Assembly (NCBI GenBank): GCA_951406725.2
Contig: OX597814.1
Span: forward strand, 28,706,001-28,770,000
Reading direction: 5' to 3'
Source: Octopus vulgaris
Taxonomy: Eukaryota
DNA: 64,000 nt
The notes under the pieces were generated by a model. It was not told where the DNA came from, did not search any database, and saw only the letters and a program-made list of their open reading frames with translations. Shown in pieces: positions 1 through 12,134 of this stretch. The position numbers and the translations under genes are program-made. How positions within the stretch are numbered: position 1 is the stretch's first letter; each line of letters begins with the position of its first letter.

Positions 1-104
1 AGACTTGTTCTATTTCTATTCCTGAGCGCCATACTAATACATTTGTTTGTTTGTACTCCACCTGCCTTCGCCCTTTGTTTATTTTCGTAAACCTTCCCGT
101 TATA
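1..104 (+). mobile_element. 3' part of small HHR-bearing repeat family (related to 7611-7767 and 23205-23330)
   Basis: Reverse-complement similarity to 23205-23306 (agacttgtt...cctgagcgccatactaatac...ccacctgccttcg...ttcccgttata); ends in (TA)n. Confidence 0.7.
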
Positions 105-105
105 A

Positions 106-159
<54 letters not shown>

Positions 160-360
160 ACGACGGGTTTGATTTTGTCCTCCACCACCCATGACGACCG
201 GTGTTAGTGTGTTTACGTCTTCATAAATTAACGGTTCAGCAAAATACACCAATAAAATAAGTACAGTCCAAAAATGAAATAAGTACTGAGGTTGATTCAT
301 TCAACTAAAAATTTTACAAGGCGGTGCCCCAGCATGGCCACAAGTAAAAGATAAAAAGGT
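160..360 (+). mobile_element. SINE family A, degenerate 3' half
   Basis: ggcggtgccccagcatggcc tail and cggttcagcaaaa...aataagtac body. Confidence 0.7.
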
Positions 361-468
361 AAGGTAAAAAGGCATGCTGGCTGTAATCAAAATGTAACAA
401 CGTTATGTACCATAAAATGATATTGTGATTCAGTGTGGAACTTCCGATATGTATATGTGTGTATGTAT

Positions 469-618
469 ATGGTTCCGGGTTCAGTCCCACTGCGTGGCAC
501 CTTGGGCAAGTTGTCTTCTACTATAGCCTCGGGCCGACCAAAGCCTTGTGAGTGGATTTGGTCGATGGAAACTGAAAGAAGCAAGCCCGTCGTATATATA
601 TATATACGTATGTGTATG

Positions 619-706
<88 letters not shown>

Positions 707-906
707 TGTGTCTGTGTTTGTTCCCCCAACATCGCTTGACAACCGATGCTGGTGTGTCTACGTAACTTGGCGGTTCGGCAAAAGAGACCGATAGAATAAG
801 TACTAAGGGTTAGAGTCCTGGGGTCGAGTTGCTCGACTAAAGGTGGTGCTCCAGCATGACCACAGTAAAATGATTGAAACAAATAAAAGAGAGTAAAAGA
901 GTAGAG
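469..906 (+). mobile_element. SINE family A (tRNA-derived, CORE-like, internal (TA)n(TG)n), 5' truncated
   Basis: B box ggttcagtccc, CORE-like ccttgggcaag, 3' ggtggtgctccagcatg...gaaac and (gtaaaaga)n tail. Confidence 0.9.
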
Positions 907-992
907 AAAGTGTATGTGTGGGTGTATGTGTGTGTATGTATGTATATATGTATAGCAAAATAGGGAGCTTGAAAAGTTTTTAGTATTATATT

Positions 993-1085
993 TTCGCCAT
1001 TACACATGTTTCATTTGCTAATAGGAATCACAAAGTTGTACATGTTGGATAAAGATTTCCTATTAGAGATCCTTCAGACAGAGAA
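993..1085 (-). ncRNA. Type I hammerhead ribozyme motif (core variant)
   Basis: Minus strand: TTCTCTGT CTGAAGG [..TAATAGGA..TCCTATTA..] GAAA CATGTG TA ATGGCGAA; stems I-III pair, GUA triplet. Confidence 0.65.
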
Positions 1086-1137
1086 TCAAATAATAGAAGA
1101 GGACTCAGCTTGGATTTTACCCTACCGACATTATACC

Positions 1138-1202
<65 letters not shown>

Positions 1203-1242
1203 GACACACACACACACATATATATATTTTTTCCGATGGCTA

Positions 1243-1303
1243 GATAACTGAAAAGATGGCGGCGTGGACTTCCACCTCGGCATCCGAAACTCGAAGTTTT
1301 ATC
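1243..1303 (+). ncRNA. Type I hammerhead ribozyme motif (degenerate core)
   Basis: GATAA CTGAAAA GATG..GTGGA CT TCCAC..CATC C GAAA CTCGAAG TT TTATC; perfect 5-bp stem I. Confidence 0.65.
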
Positions 1304-1405
1304 ATGGATACCGAATAATTATCACATATTACATTTACAGATAAATTCCTCTATTTACATAATATCGAGGTCTCTTCCTTTCTTTTGTTGTCTTACCATT
1401 TTTAT

Positions 1406-1465
<60 letters not shown>

Positions 1466-1571
1466 TGACATATTATGCCTAAAAGTTGATGAACCACTTA
1501 TTAATCCCCTCCATTTTCTTATTGCTCTCTCTCTCCCCCCCATCTCTCTCTCTCTATATATATATATATAT

Positions 1572-1660
<89 letters not shown>

Positions 1661-1829
1661 TATATATATATTGTGTGTGTGTGTATCTATGAACTTACTT
1701 GTTAATACAGATTTGGTGTGTGTTGCGTTCCATTACTTAATAAATGAAAAAAAAATATGGCAAATAAACGAACTACATAATGTATACTGAGTATACTGAA
1801 TGTAAAAACGTACGGGAGACAAACTGAAG

Positions 1830-1955
1830 GTCCGTAATTCTTCATCAGTTATCGACCAATTGGTAATATTCAGTTTCGCACCTTTAACGATAAGACTGAG
1901 CGCTTCCCGATTGGCGATGCCCGCAGAAAGAGTTTTCTTCGGGAGAATTAGGGAC
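1830..1955 (-). ncRNA. Hammerhead-like motif with non-type-I order of parts
   Basis: Minus strand: GTCCCTAATTCT...TCAG TC TTATCG...GAAA CTGA...CGATAA CTGATGA AGAATTACGGAC; partial second copy at about 19243-19272. Confidence 0.4.
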
Positions 1956-2150
1956 GTGAGCAGACAAAACAAAACAAAATAAACATAAAGACTCTGAGTG
2001 TGATTTAGCACGGTGGGCAAGGTCGGACAGTCGAACAAAATACGGCCTTGTGGCCAAGGAGACGAGAATAGTGGGCAACGCTTAGAAAATATCTTGAACG
2101 ATGGAGAACGGAGAGACAGAAAATTTGCGACTGGTCGGCTACGGGATATA

Positions 2151-2530
2151 TGGAGGCGCAATGGCCCAGTGGTTAGGGCAGCGGACTCGCGGTCGTAGGA
2201 TCGCGGTTTCGATTCCCAGACCGGGCATTGTGAGTGTTTATTGAGCGAAAACACCTAAAGCTTCACAAGGCTCCGGCAGGGGGGGGGGGTGAACCCTGCT
2301 GTACTCTTTCACCACAACTTTCTCTCACTCTTTCTTCCTGTTTCTGTTGTACCTGTATTTCAAAGGGACCAGCCTTGTCACACTCTGTGTCACGCTGAAT
2401 CTCCCCGAGAACTACGTTAAGGGTACACGTGTCTGTGGAATGCTCAGCCACTTGCACGTTAATTCCACGAGCAAGCTGTTCCATTGATCGTATCAGCTGG
2501 GACCCTCATCGTCGTAACCGACGGAGTGCT
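2151..2530 (+). mobile_element. SINE family C, full length
   Basis: tRNA-like head tggcccagtggttagg / ggtttcgattccc; 3' end gtcgtaaccgacggagtgc; many near-identical copies in the window. Confidence 0.92.
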
Positions 2531-2703
2531 CCTATATCCAACTGTAATGGATCAATAAAGGATCGAGGCATATCAATGTGAATCACGCCACAGAAGATAG
2601 CAATGAAGTACATTCAATGTTGTTGGGTAATCCGTAACTCTTATAGTATTCCAAATTATCAATAAAGAGTGGAACTGTCAGTGTGGCGTAAAAGAATAAT
2701 AAA

Positions 2704-2954
2704 TGTTCCTTCTCAAGCCATGCCAGGCTCATAAGGGCCGATTTCCTGATTTCAGTGGCGTACAAATTCCCCCACCTGGACGGGACGCCGGTCCGTTGCA
2801 GGATTTCTCATTTTTGCCAGCTGAGTGGACTGGAGCAACGTGAAAATGAAGTGTTTTGCTCAACAACACAACGCATCGCCCGGTCCAGGAATCGAAACCA
2901 CAACCTTACCATCGTGAGTTCAACCACACTAACCACTAACCCACGCGCCTCCAC
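2704..2954 (-). mobile_element. SINE family D, full length with TSD
   Basis: Minus strand tRNA head gggttagtggttag / ggtttcgattcc and CORE-like gttgtgttgttgagcaaaacactt; TSD gcg(t/g)aaaagaataat at 2686-2700 and 2957-2971. Confidence 0.85.
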
Positions 2955-3070
2955 ACGCGGAAAAGAATAATGAAAGCGTTTTCATTGTTGTTACAATTGT
3001 TTCATCAAAAGTTTCTATGAAACAGTTGAGGCAACACAAAAAAATCCATTGCCTGTTCTTATGTTATAAA

Positions 3071-3135
<65 letters not shown>

Positions 3136-3600
3136 GCGTGTGTGTGTGTGTGCGCGCATGTGTGTGTGTGTTTGTCCCCAATTGCCACTTGACAACCGGT
3201 GTAACATAGCGGTTTGGCAAAAGAGATCAACACAATAAGCAACAGACAGAAGTCGATTTGTTCGACGCACCCAGCATGGTCGCAATCGAATGACAGAAAC
3301 AAATAAAAAAAAAAAAGAGAATTATAATAAAAAAAAAAATGAAAAAGAAAGAAGAGAACTATAATTATAAGAAGGGAAATCTGGAGGTAATTACCAAGCC
3401 CTACTGCTAGGAATGTATGTCACAAGCGAATCAAAAACCCAGTATTCGGTCACATGACAGAACTATGTTGTGGGTTACTTGATTTTTTTTTTCCTCTTGT
3501 TTCCTTTATTTTTATATATTTATATACTTTTGTATTTTTTTTTTCTGTTTTATTTCATTGGTTTACTTTTTTTCTGTCACAGCAGTTTTGTATTTTTACG

Positions 3601-3661
<61 letters not shown>

Positions 3662-3675
3662 TTATTATTATTATT

Positions 3676-3725
<50 letters not shown>

Positions 3726-3784
3726 TATTATTATTATTACTCTTATTATTATTATTATTATTACTATTATTATTATTATTACTC

Positions 3785-3827
<43 letters not shown>

Positions 3828-3885
3828 CATTATTATTATTATTATTATTATTATCATTATAGTTGTTGTTGCTGTTGTTGTTGTC
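3601..3885. repeat. (ATT)n microsatellite
   Basis: Direct inspection; explains the poly-I/L/Y/N ORFs. Confidence 0.98.
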
Positions 3886-3962
3886 TGTCTTCTTCATGTC
3901 CTGCTTTTTATTTGTTTTAGTTTCTGTCGTCTAAGGGGACATTCTTTTACTGATATGGTTAT

Positions 3963-4042
<80 letters not shown>

Positions 4043-4578
4043 ACACGCGTATAGTCTTTTACATCAGTCCCTTCTCTTGTATTCACTCTCAACCATACTC
4101 CATCTGTCTGTCCGTCTGTCTCTCTTTCTTTCTCTCCACCCCCCTATCTCTCTCTCTCTCTCTCTTGCTTAGTTATTATCGCAGGTCCCTCCTTCGTTCC
4201 TTTGCCCTTCAATCCTCTCTATTTCTCTCTCTCTCTCTCTCTTTCAATCTATCTATTTCGTTCCTCTCCTTATCACCACCAACCTGTTTACTGACCTCGA
4301 GGTAGTAAAGGGAAGCAACAGCAACAACAACAGCAACATCAACAAAAAAAAATAACAAAAATTCAATAAAAATAATAATAAAAAAGTAAACACAAAATAT
4401 AACAAAATAGCCTCCCCCCCCATACACACACTCCAAAAAACAAAAAAAGAGAAAAAATAATGATAGAAAAAAAAGAAAAATTAAGTAAAAAAGAAAATAT
4501 AACTAATAATAAAACAAACGAACAAACACCAACTTGTTTATGTTAGAAAGCGTAAAGTAGGTCAGAATCGTCAGTAGG

Positions 4579-4582
<4 letters not shown>

Positions 4583-4622
<40 letters not shown>

Positions 4623-4637
4623 CTGTGTATGTGTGTG

Positions 4638-4711
<74 letters not shown>

Positions 4712-4756
4712 GCTGTGTGTGTGTGTATATATATATGCACATATATGTATGTATGT

Positions 4757-4843
<87 letters not shown>

Positions 4844-5213
4844 AATACAGATACATATATATATATATATATGCATATATGTATATAAACACACACATAC
4901 AATACATACATACATACATATATATGTGTGTGTCGCTGTGTGCGTATGAGTGTATATTCATAGGCAGACAGACAAACAGACACACACACACACACGCATA
5001 CGAATGCGTGTAAACGTGTTTTCCTGCGTATGTATGTATGTATGTATATATATATGTATACATGCGCGCGCGCACATGCACGCACATATATTTATATATA
5101 CGCACATACATACGAATATATTTAGTCATATTGTGTAGGTGTGTGTGTATATGTACACACACACACACACAAGAACAGATGCATGCATATACGTGTTATA
5201 CGCACGTCTTTAA

Positions 5214-5247
<34 letters not shown>

Positions 5248-5540
5248 GCATATTCGCGCATACATACATACATACATATATTCATGCACATACACATGCA
5301 TACACACAATATCTAGTACGGAACGATCCAACATACTTTCACGTCTGTTGACTTGAGAGATGTCGTCAGCTGGATTCCATAAAAGAAAATAAAATAAAAA
5401 AAAATTCACACACGCACAAAATCGCGCGCGCGCACACATATATACACACACGTATATGTCTCTGTATGTGTATATGTATCTTTAGGCCGTGTTGTGTACA
5501 CTCATATGTACACGTGTATGTGTATATATATGTACACTTA

Positions 5541-5628
<88 letters not shown>

Positions 5629-5630
5629 TA
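4583..5630. repeat. Compound (TA)n/(CA)n/(TACA)n microsatellite field
   Basis: Direct inspection. Confidence 0.95.
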
Positions 5631-5726
5631 TATAAAATTGAATAATGGTAGAAATTGATATTAATCAATTAAAACCAGTGGCCTAGCATATTAAAAGAAT
5701 CCGAAGATTAAAATATTTTTACATAC

Positions 5727-5805
5727 AAAATTTAAAGGACTGACCACTAAAAGTGACGTCTATATCTAGCATATTGACTGTCCACTTTTAGTGGTCAGTG
5801 CTTTA

Positions 5806-5811
<6 letters not shown>
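5727..5811. repeat. Short inverted repeat (about 29-bp arms) between (TA)n tracts
   Basis: aaaatttaaaggactgaccactaaaagtg / cacttttagtggtcagtgctttaaatttt. Confidence 0.85.
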
Positions 5812-5872
<61 letters not shown>

Positions 5873-5894
5873 GTATTATATATTATATAATGTG

Positions 5895-5930
<36 letters not shown>

Positions 5931-6873
5931 CACATTGTTTAAAACAAACAGGAGAAAAGTACTCTACACAAGCAGTAGAGTATAGTTATAACTATTCGGC
6001 AGGATGTTTCTAGTTTTGCGATTACTCTGGCTGCAAGTGCAGATCTATATGGACAAAAAATCGTAGACCCAATGGTTACGTTGGAGACTCGTTATTTCAT
6101 TTGTTGACATTAGGTCACATGATGCACATAAACTATTCAATCATTCACGTGCGGAAATTTTCTTAGAAGCCTTCTAAACAAGACATGCTTCTCTTAATAG
6201 GAGACGACATTGCTTCACTTAATAGGAGACGACATTGCTTCACTTAATAAAGTGATTCATATTTTGGGTTAAATTTTTTGTGTTAAATATTTCAGCATCG
6301 CAAGTTATGGTTTTAGATTCAACTAGTTTGCAATTAGAACTATGGCCACAAGATTATTTTCGAATGCTTACAGTTTTTATTCCTTTACATGAAGACAAGG
6401 GGAAAAAAATGTCTTTCTCTCCATTCCTGGCAATGTCAAGGTCTTAGGTTTTCGATTAGACAGCTGTAACAGCTGCTATCTCGAAGCTGTACACTCGAGC
6501 ATTTGCAACAGTATTCAATTTTATGTTTGCTTTCAACATATCTGTCTTTTAAGGGACAAATTCATATATACCTACAGTCACACTCGTACACACATATATT
6601 CTACTTTTTTCACTCGCTCAATCAAGCTTCACATAAATTTAGCTCTTCCGACCATATTGCTCCACCCACAACATGCATCAAAAACATACACAAGGTAAAT
6701 ATACTCTACAGTCTGGTGATTGTGACTAAGACATAACTTCAAAGTCATTGCCCTAGCTATATGAAATTTACCATTGAAATACAGATTTTCCTATGTCTAT
6801 TTTGTTCGTGTTAAGCATGTAATAACAAAAATCAACCGTTTTGATTCCACAGACGCACGCACACGCACACAAA

Positions 6874-6959
<86 letters not shown>

Positions 6960-7066
6960 CTAGTTGTGACTGAAGGTGCAGGGTAGCACCTACATAGCCA
7001 GAAAAGCCCTTACAGGAATATGTATGTATGTATGTATGTATATATATATATATATATATCTATATG

Positions 7067-7134
<68 letters not shown>

Positions 7135-7290
7135 CAGGGATAGTGGTTATAATAACCGAATAAGGAATAAAATATCCGTATATACTATCGGTATACGTTA
7201 CTCGTGTCATTCCCGGGCATTGGTGTGCAGGCACATCATACACATAGAGCGCAGATAACAACAGGATAAACAAGAGTTTGTCAGGAACAA

Positions 7291-7597
7291 ATACAAATAA
7301 TCAGAAAATGAAGAAAACCTCAGATTAACAAAAACATCGATTGGACCACATTTATAGCTTATTTTTCAATACAAAGCACGACATAAGAAATAGGTGACGT
7401 AACATATCTTATAGTCGTTTCCGACCCGTTGCTTAAATGCTGTCTAAAAATAAATGCGACGGGTAGGAAACGGCCGTAAGATTTGTCATGAAACCTATTT
7501 GTTATGCCATGCTTTGTATTAAAAAATAAGCTATAAATGTAGTCCAATCGATGTGTTTATTAATCTGAGGTTTTCTCCGTTTTCTGATTATTTGTAT
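7291..7597. repeat. Fold-back inverted repeat carrying the 3' half of an HHR
   Basis: Arms about 7291-7432 and 7455-7597; right arm reads GAAA CGGCCG TA AGA at about 7467-7481. Confidence 0.8.
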
Positions 7598-7705
7598 ATA
7601 TGTATATGTATAGGGAGAATTCACCCCCAAAAAAACGAAAGACGAAGACTGGGGGTGTAGACAACAAACAGATGTATTAGTTTAGCGCTCGGGAAGTTAA
7701 AAAAT

Positions 7706-7741
7706 CTTTAACGTTTCGAGCCGACGCTCTTCCACAGAAAG
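7706..7741 (-). ncRNA. Minimal type I hammerhead (36 nt, CUGUGGA core variant)
   Basis: Minus strand CTTT CTGTGGA A GAGC GTCG GCTC GAAA CG TT AAAG; lies in a repeat at 7611-7767 flanked by (TA)n. Confidence 0.75.
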
Positions 7742-7764
7742 GAACACAGAAAGAAACAAGGAGA

Positions 7765-7856
<92 letters not shown>

Positions 7857-7884
7857 AAGGAAAAATGCTAATTCTAAAATCTTT

Positions 7885-8421
7885 CTAAGAGATCAACTCA
7901 GTGGTTGTATTAACAAGTAATGTTCATAGCCACTTCAACATGGCTGTCCGTTCGAACAAACTTTACTGAGATTTTTTAACCCCAAGAGGACACCTCACTA
8001 GCTGATTCACGGTGCACAGCTGCAACCGAGATACTACGAGCTCGAACGGACAGCCATGTTGATGGGGCTACGAACATTACTTGTTAATACAACTACAGAG
8101 TTGATCTCTTAGAGAGATTTTAGAACTAGCATTTTTCTTGTTGCAAAATCAGACTGTATGTCATTTGAAGTTATACATATTGCGAGCAGAGGTGAGCTAC
8201 AGTCATCTCTAGCAGACGAAGTGTCCAGTACTGAAGAGAGACAGAAATAGCCTGAAACCAGGCTGGTCTGCTGGTCTCGTTGTTTGAAGGTGGTAGGAGT
8301 TCGCTCCCCGGCTCGCAATATCTCGACGCAGCTGTGCATCGTTAACCAGCTAGAAGAGACGTCCTCTTGGGGTTAAAAAATTGCAGTAAAGTCCGTTCGA
8401 ACGAACAGCCATGTCGAAGTG
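7885..8421. repeat. Complex double inverted repeat enclosing an HHR
   Basis: 7885-7955 is the reverse complement of 8043-8113; about 7930-8043 is the reverse complement of about 8311-8421. Confidence 0.8.
8225..8274 (+). ncRNA. Type I hammerhead ribozyme, canonical core
   Basis: CCAGTA CTGAAGA G AGAC..GCCT GAAA CCAGGCTGG TC TGCTGG; 6-bp stem I, GUC site (cleavage predicted after 8268), weak stem II. Confidence 0.8.
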
Positions 8422-9035
8422 TTTTATATACACACACACACAATTGCGAGAAGGTTTATGAGTAGCACGGCAATCTACGTTAATATAGGTTGACCTTGTT
8501 GGTAAATTTTTACAGGTACATCCTCACGCTTTTCCCCCCCCCCCCCGCCCAAAAAATAATAATAAAAAATTGAAAGAAAAACACGATTTTTCGCGTGGAA
8601 TCAACTCCCCTGACTTTCTACTTTCCCACAAATCCCTTATTTTGGTGGTTCGAGAAAAAAAGGAAGGGTAAGGGGTTGGATGCTCAGCCTTCCCCCCACC
8701 GCCTCGGATTGTTTGGAAACTTTTTTCGTAGAATGAATTACGGTGAGCTACTAATATGCCACAAAACCCATTTTTTTGTCCAGAGAATGGGGGAGGGGTC
8801 TAACCCTCGGAAATACCCCTCCCCCCCAAAAAAAATTTCACAGGGAAAATATTTTAGAAAATGTTTACAGGAGGGTCAGTACTTGTTGGCAAGGGAACCT
8901 TTCCAGTCGTACTCGTCCTTTTGGAAATAACCAAATCTCCCTAACCATAATGCGCTGTCTTTGTTGAGCAAAACGTACTCGTACGGTATTCTTTCGTTAT
9001 CTTTTGTGCGTGTGCATATGTGTGTGTGTATATAT

Positions 9036-9083
<48 letters not shown>

Positions 9084-9150
9084 ATATGAACGTATGTACG
9101 TGTGTATATGTAAATGTATATATATTTGTATTTATGCGCTTCCTGAGTAT

Positions 9151-9209
9151 ATTCCACTGATGAAGGCAGAGCATTTCTTATGCAGAGCCAGAAATTCGGG
9201 ATCTGGAAT
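9151..9209 (+). ncRNA. Type I hammerhead ribozyme, canonical core
   Basis: ATTCCA CTGATGA A GGC AGA GCAT TTCTT ATGC AGA GCC A GAAA TTCGGGA TC TGGAAT; perfect 6-bp stem I, AUC site. Confidence 0.82.
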
Positions 9210-9735
9210 TATCCAGTAATTTTCTTTTTTTTTTGCTAGTTTATTTGTCTCTTTGTCTTCTCTCCTGGTGCTGTATGAACATCTAATGTGGTTTTAGAGT
9301 CAAATTTTGACTGCTAATTTTATATATATATATATGTATATGTATGTGTGTGTGTGTGTATGCACAGACATATACACATACATATATACACACATACATA
9401 CGCACACATAACGAAAGTATACCGTACAGCTACGTTTTGCTCAACAAAGACGGTGCAGTGTGGCTAGGGAGATTTGGCTGTTATTTCTAAAAGGAAGAGT
9501 GCTACTAGAACGGTTCGCTTGCGAACAAGCACTGACCCTCGTGTAAAAATTTGCCCCCAATTTTTATATACATGCATACATACATACATACATACATACA
9601 TACATACATACATACATACATACATACATACATACATACAAAAATACATACATACGACAGGCTTATTTTACTTTCCGTTCACCAAATCAACTCACAAAAT
9701 CAACTTACTGTCGAGAGTAATAGTAGAAGGCACTT

Positions 9736-10322
9736 GGCTAAGGTGCCACGTTGTGGGAATACCATCAACCGCTACTTACAATTGGACGTGCTAGAAATAA
9801 CAACGAAATCTCTCTCAAATCATACTCTAACGTCTTACCATAGGAAAGACACGTTAGATAATGTTAACCTAGATATATCTAGAAAATAAAAAGTTTTGGT
9901 TGGGAAGTCGACTTATGACCGAGTAAGACCATTTCCTAGAGCTATTTCACTCTAAGAAGCGCCTGAAGAGTGTAACTTCTTTTATAGCATATTTTCTTCG
10001 AGAAGTGGGCCGCATGTGACGTAGCTTTTCATCAAAACGCAGGTCACACTAGAAAAAAAGTTCAAGGTAATTGTTTCGTTAGGTGCCACGGCTAAGGTGC
10101 CACGTTGTGGGAATGAATCCTGAACCGTTTGGTTGGGAAGTCGACTTATGACCGAGTAAGTCGACTTCACAAGAGCTATTTCACTCTAAGAAGCGCCTGA
10201 AGAGTGTGACTTCTTTTATAGCATCTTTTCTTCGAGAAGTGGGCCGCATGTGACGTAGCTTTTCATCAACACGCAGGTCGCACTAGAAAAAAAGTTCAAG
10301 GTAATTGTATCGTTAGGTGTGC
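9736..10322. repeat. Local rearrangement: inverted templated insert plus about 190-bp direct duplication within a SINE A remnant
   Basis: 9895-10087 repeats as 10128-10322; 9736-9760 repeats as 10090-10114; 9759-9898 is an inverted copy of the 11305-12175 flanks. Confidence 0.85.
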
Positions 10323-10659
10323 CATTCAGGAAGACCCGCGCGACGCAGTTCGCCCATGCCTGACGTAGAGTCTCTCTAAATAATTACTGATGATTTTTAA
10401 TTAAGGACTAAAATTATAATAGTAAAAATAGTTGACGGCACATGACTCAAATGGTCAGCTGATGATAGGAGAGTGTTGCGATGGGGTTAGATTGTCTGTT
10501 AACAACGCTCAAACCGGAGATTTTGAAGTCCATTTCATGTTCACAGCTCCTCACGTCGTTGTCGGTGTTGTTGTTGATGATGATGATGATGACGACGACG
10601 AATGACGAATATTTACTATAACTACCAATAGTGGTAACAGACTATCGCTACTAGAGCTG

Positions 10660-10681
10660 GTGATGGTGGTAGTAGTAGTAT

Positions 10682-10755
<74 letters not shown>

Positions 10756-10854
10756 ATGCTGGGGGTAGTAGTAGTAGTAGATGATGATATTGATAATGAT
10801 AGCGATGATGATGGTGGTTCTGGTGGTGGTGGTGGTTGTGATATCGGTGACGGT

Positions 10855-10888
<34 letters not shown>

Positions 10889-11150
10889 AAGTATTATTAT
10901 TATTATTAGTAGTAGTAGTAGTAGTAGATGATGATATTGATGATAATGACAGCGATGATGATGGTGGTTCTGGTGGTGGTTTTGGTGGTGGTGTTGTTAT
11001 CGGTGACGGTGTAGTAGTAGTAGTAGTAGTAGTAGTATAATCATTGTGATGACGACGATGGTGGTGGTGGTGGTGGCAGCGGTGGCGGTAGTGAATGTGG
11101 TGGTGGTGGTGTAGTTGGTAGTGGTGGTGGTAGCTGTAGTGGAGGTGATG
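10660..11150. repeat. (GTA)n/(GAT)n/(GGT)n trinucleotide field with internal about 145-bp duplication
   Basis: Direct inspection; explains the T/V-rich ORFs. Confidence 0.93.
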
Positions 11151-11342
11151 GTACACTTCATAACCGTCGCCGTTGTTTCGTCCCCACCCCCACCCCCCCC
11201 CCATTACGTGTCAATATGTTTTTTTTTTTTCTGTTTTGACTTTTCCTTGTTTCCACCGTTGTTCCAGCTGTTGCCACCTGACTGATAACGTGTCGTTCCC
11301 TTTTCAAAACTTTTTATTTTCTAGATATATCTAGATATATCT

Positions 11343-11481
11343 AGGCGCAGGAGTGGCTGTGTGGTAAGTAGCTTGCTAACCAACCTCATGGTTCTGGGTT
11401 CAGTCCCACTGCTATAGCCTCGGGCCGACCAAAGCCTTGTGAGTGGATTTGGTAGACGGAAACTGATAGAAGCCTGTCGTA

Positions 11482-11554
<73 letters not shown>

Positions 11555-11780
11555 ATGTGTGTGTTTGTGTGTCTGTGTTTGTCCCCCTAGCATTGCTTGA
11601 CAACCGATGCTGGTGTGTTTACGTCCCCGTCACTTAGCGGTTCAGCAAAAAGAGACCGATAGAATAAGTACTGGGCTTACAAAGAATAAGTCCCGGGGTC
11701 GATTTGCTCGACTAAAGGCGGTGCTCCAGCATGGCCGCAGTCAAATGACTGAAACAAGTAAAAGATTAAAAGAAAAGAGA
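11343..11780 (+). mobile_element. SINE family A with small internal deletion
   Basis: Head aggcgcaggagtggctgtgtggtaag; flanked by atatctagg duplication. Confidence 0.92.
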
Positions 11781-11866
11781 AGATATCTAGGTTAACATTA
11801 TCTAACGTGTCTTTTCTATGGTAAGACGTTAGAGTACGATTTGAGAGAGATTTCGTTGTTATTTCT

Positions 11867-12134
11867 AGCTCCGGCAGGGGATGGTGGTGATCCCTGCTGT
11901 ACTCTTTCACCACAACTTTCTCTCACTCTTACTTCCTGTTTCTGTTGTACATGTATTTCAAAGGGCCGGCCTTGTCACTCTCTGTGTCACGCTGAATATC
12001 CCCGAGAACTACGTTAAGGGTACACGTGTCTGTGGAGTGCTCAGCCACTTACACGTTAATTTCACGAGCAGGCTGTTCCGTTGGTGGGATCAACCGGAAC
12101 CCTCATCGTCGTAACCGACGGAGTGCTTCCATCC
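11867..12134 (+). mobile_element. SINE family C, 5' truncated, 9-bp TSD
   Basis: TSD atttctagc at 11861-11869 and 12135-12143. Confidence 0.92.

Noticed and set aside
2151-2225. tRNA genes at SINE heads
   Set aside because: A and B boxes are present but continue into SINE bodies with TSDs; no proper cloverleaf
6193-6249. 25-bp tandem duplication, also 26490-26640 and 46015-46320
   Set aside because: Ordinary slippage duplications with no further structure
10551-11204. Mucin-like T/P/S-rich ORF
   Set aside because: Trinucleotide repeat field with a local duplication; no splice or domain support
11200-11300. E-box and GATA cluster (CAGCTG, CACCTG, GATA) as an enhancer
   Set aside because: Short motifs expected by chance; no conservation data available
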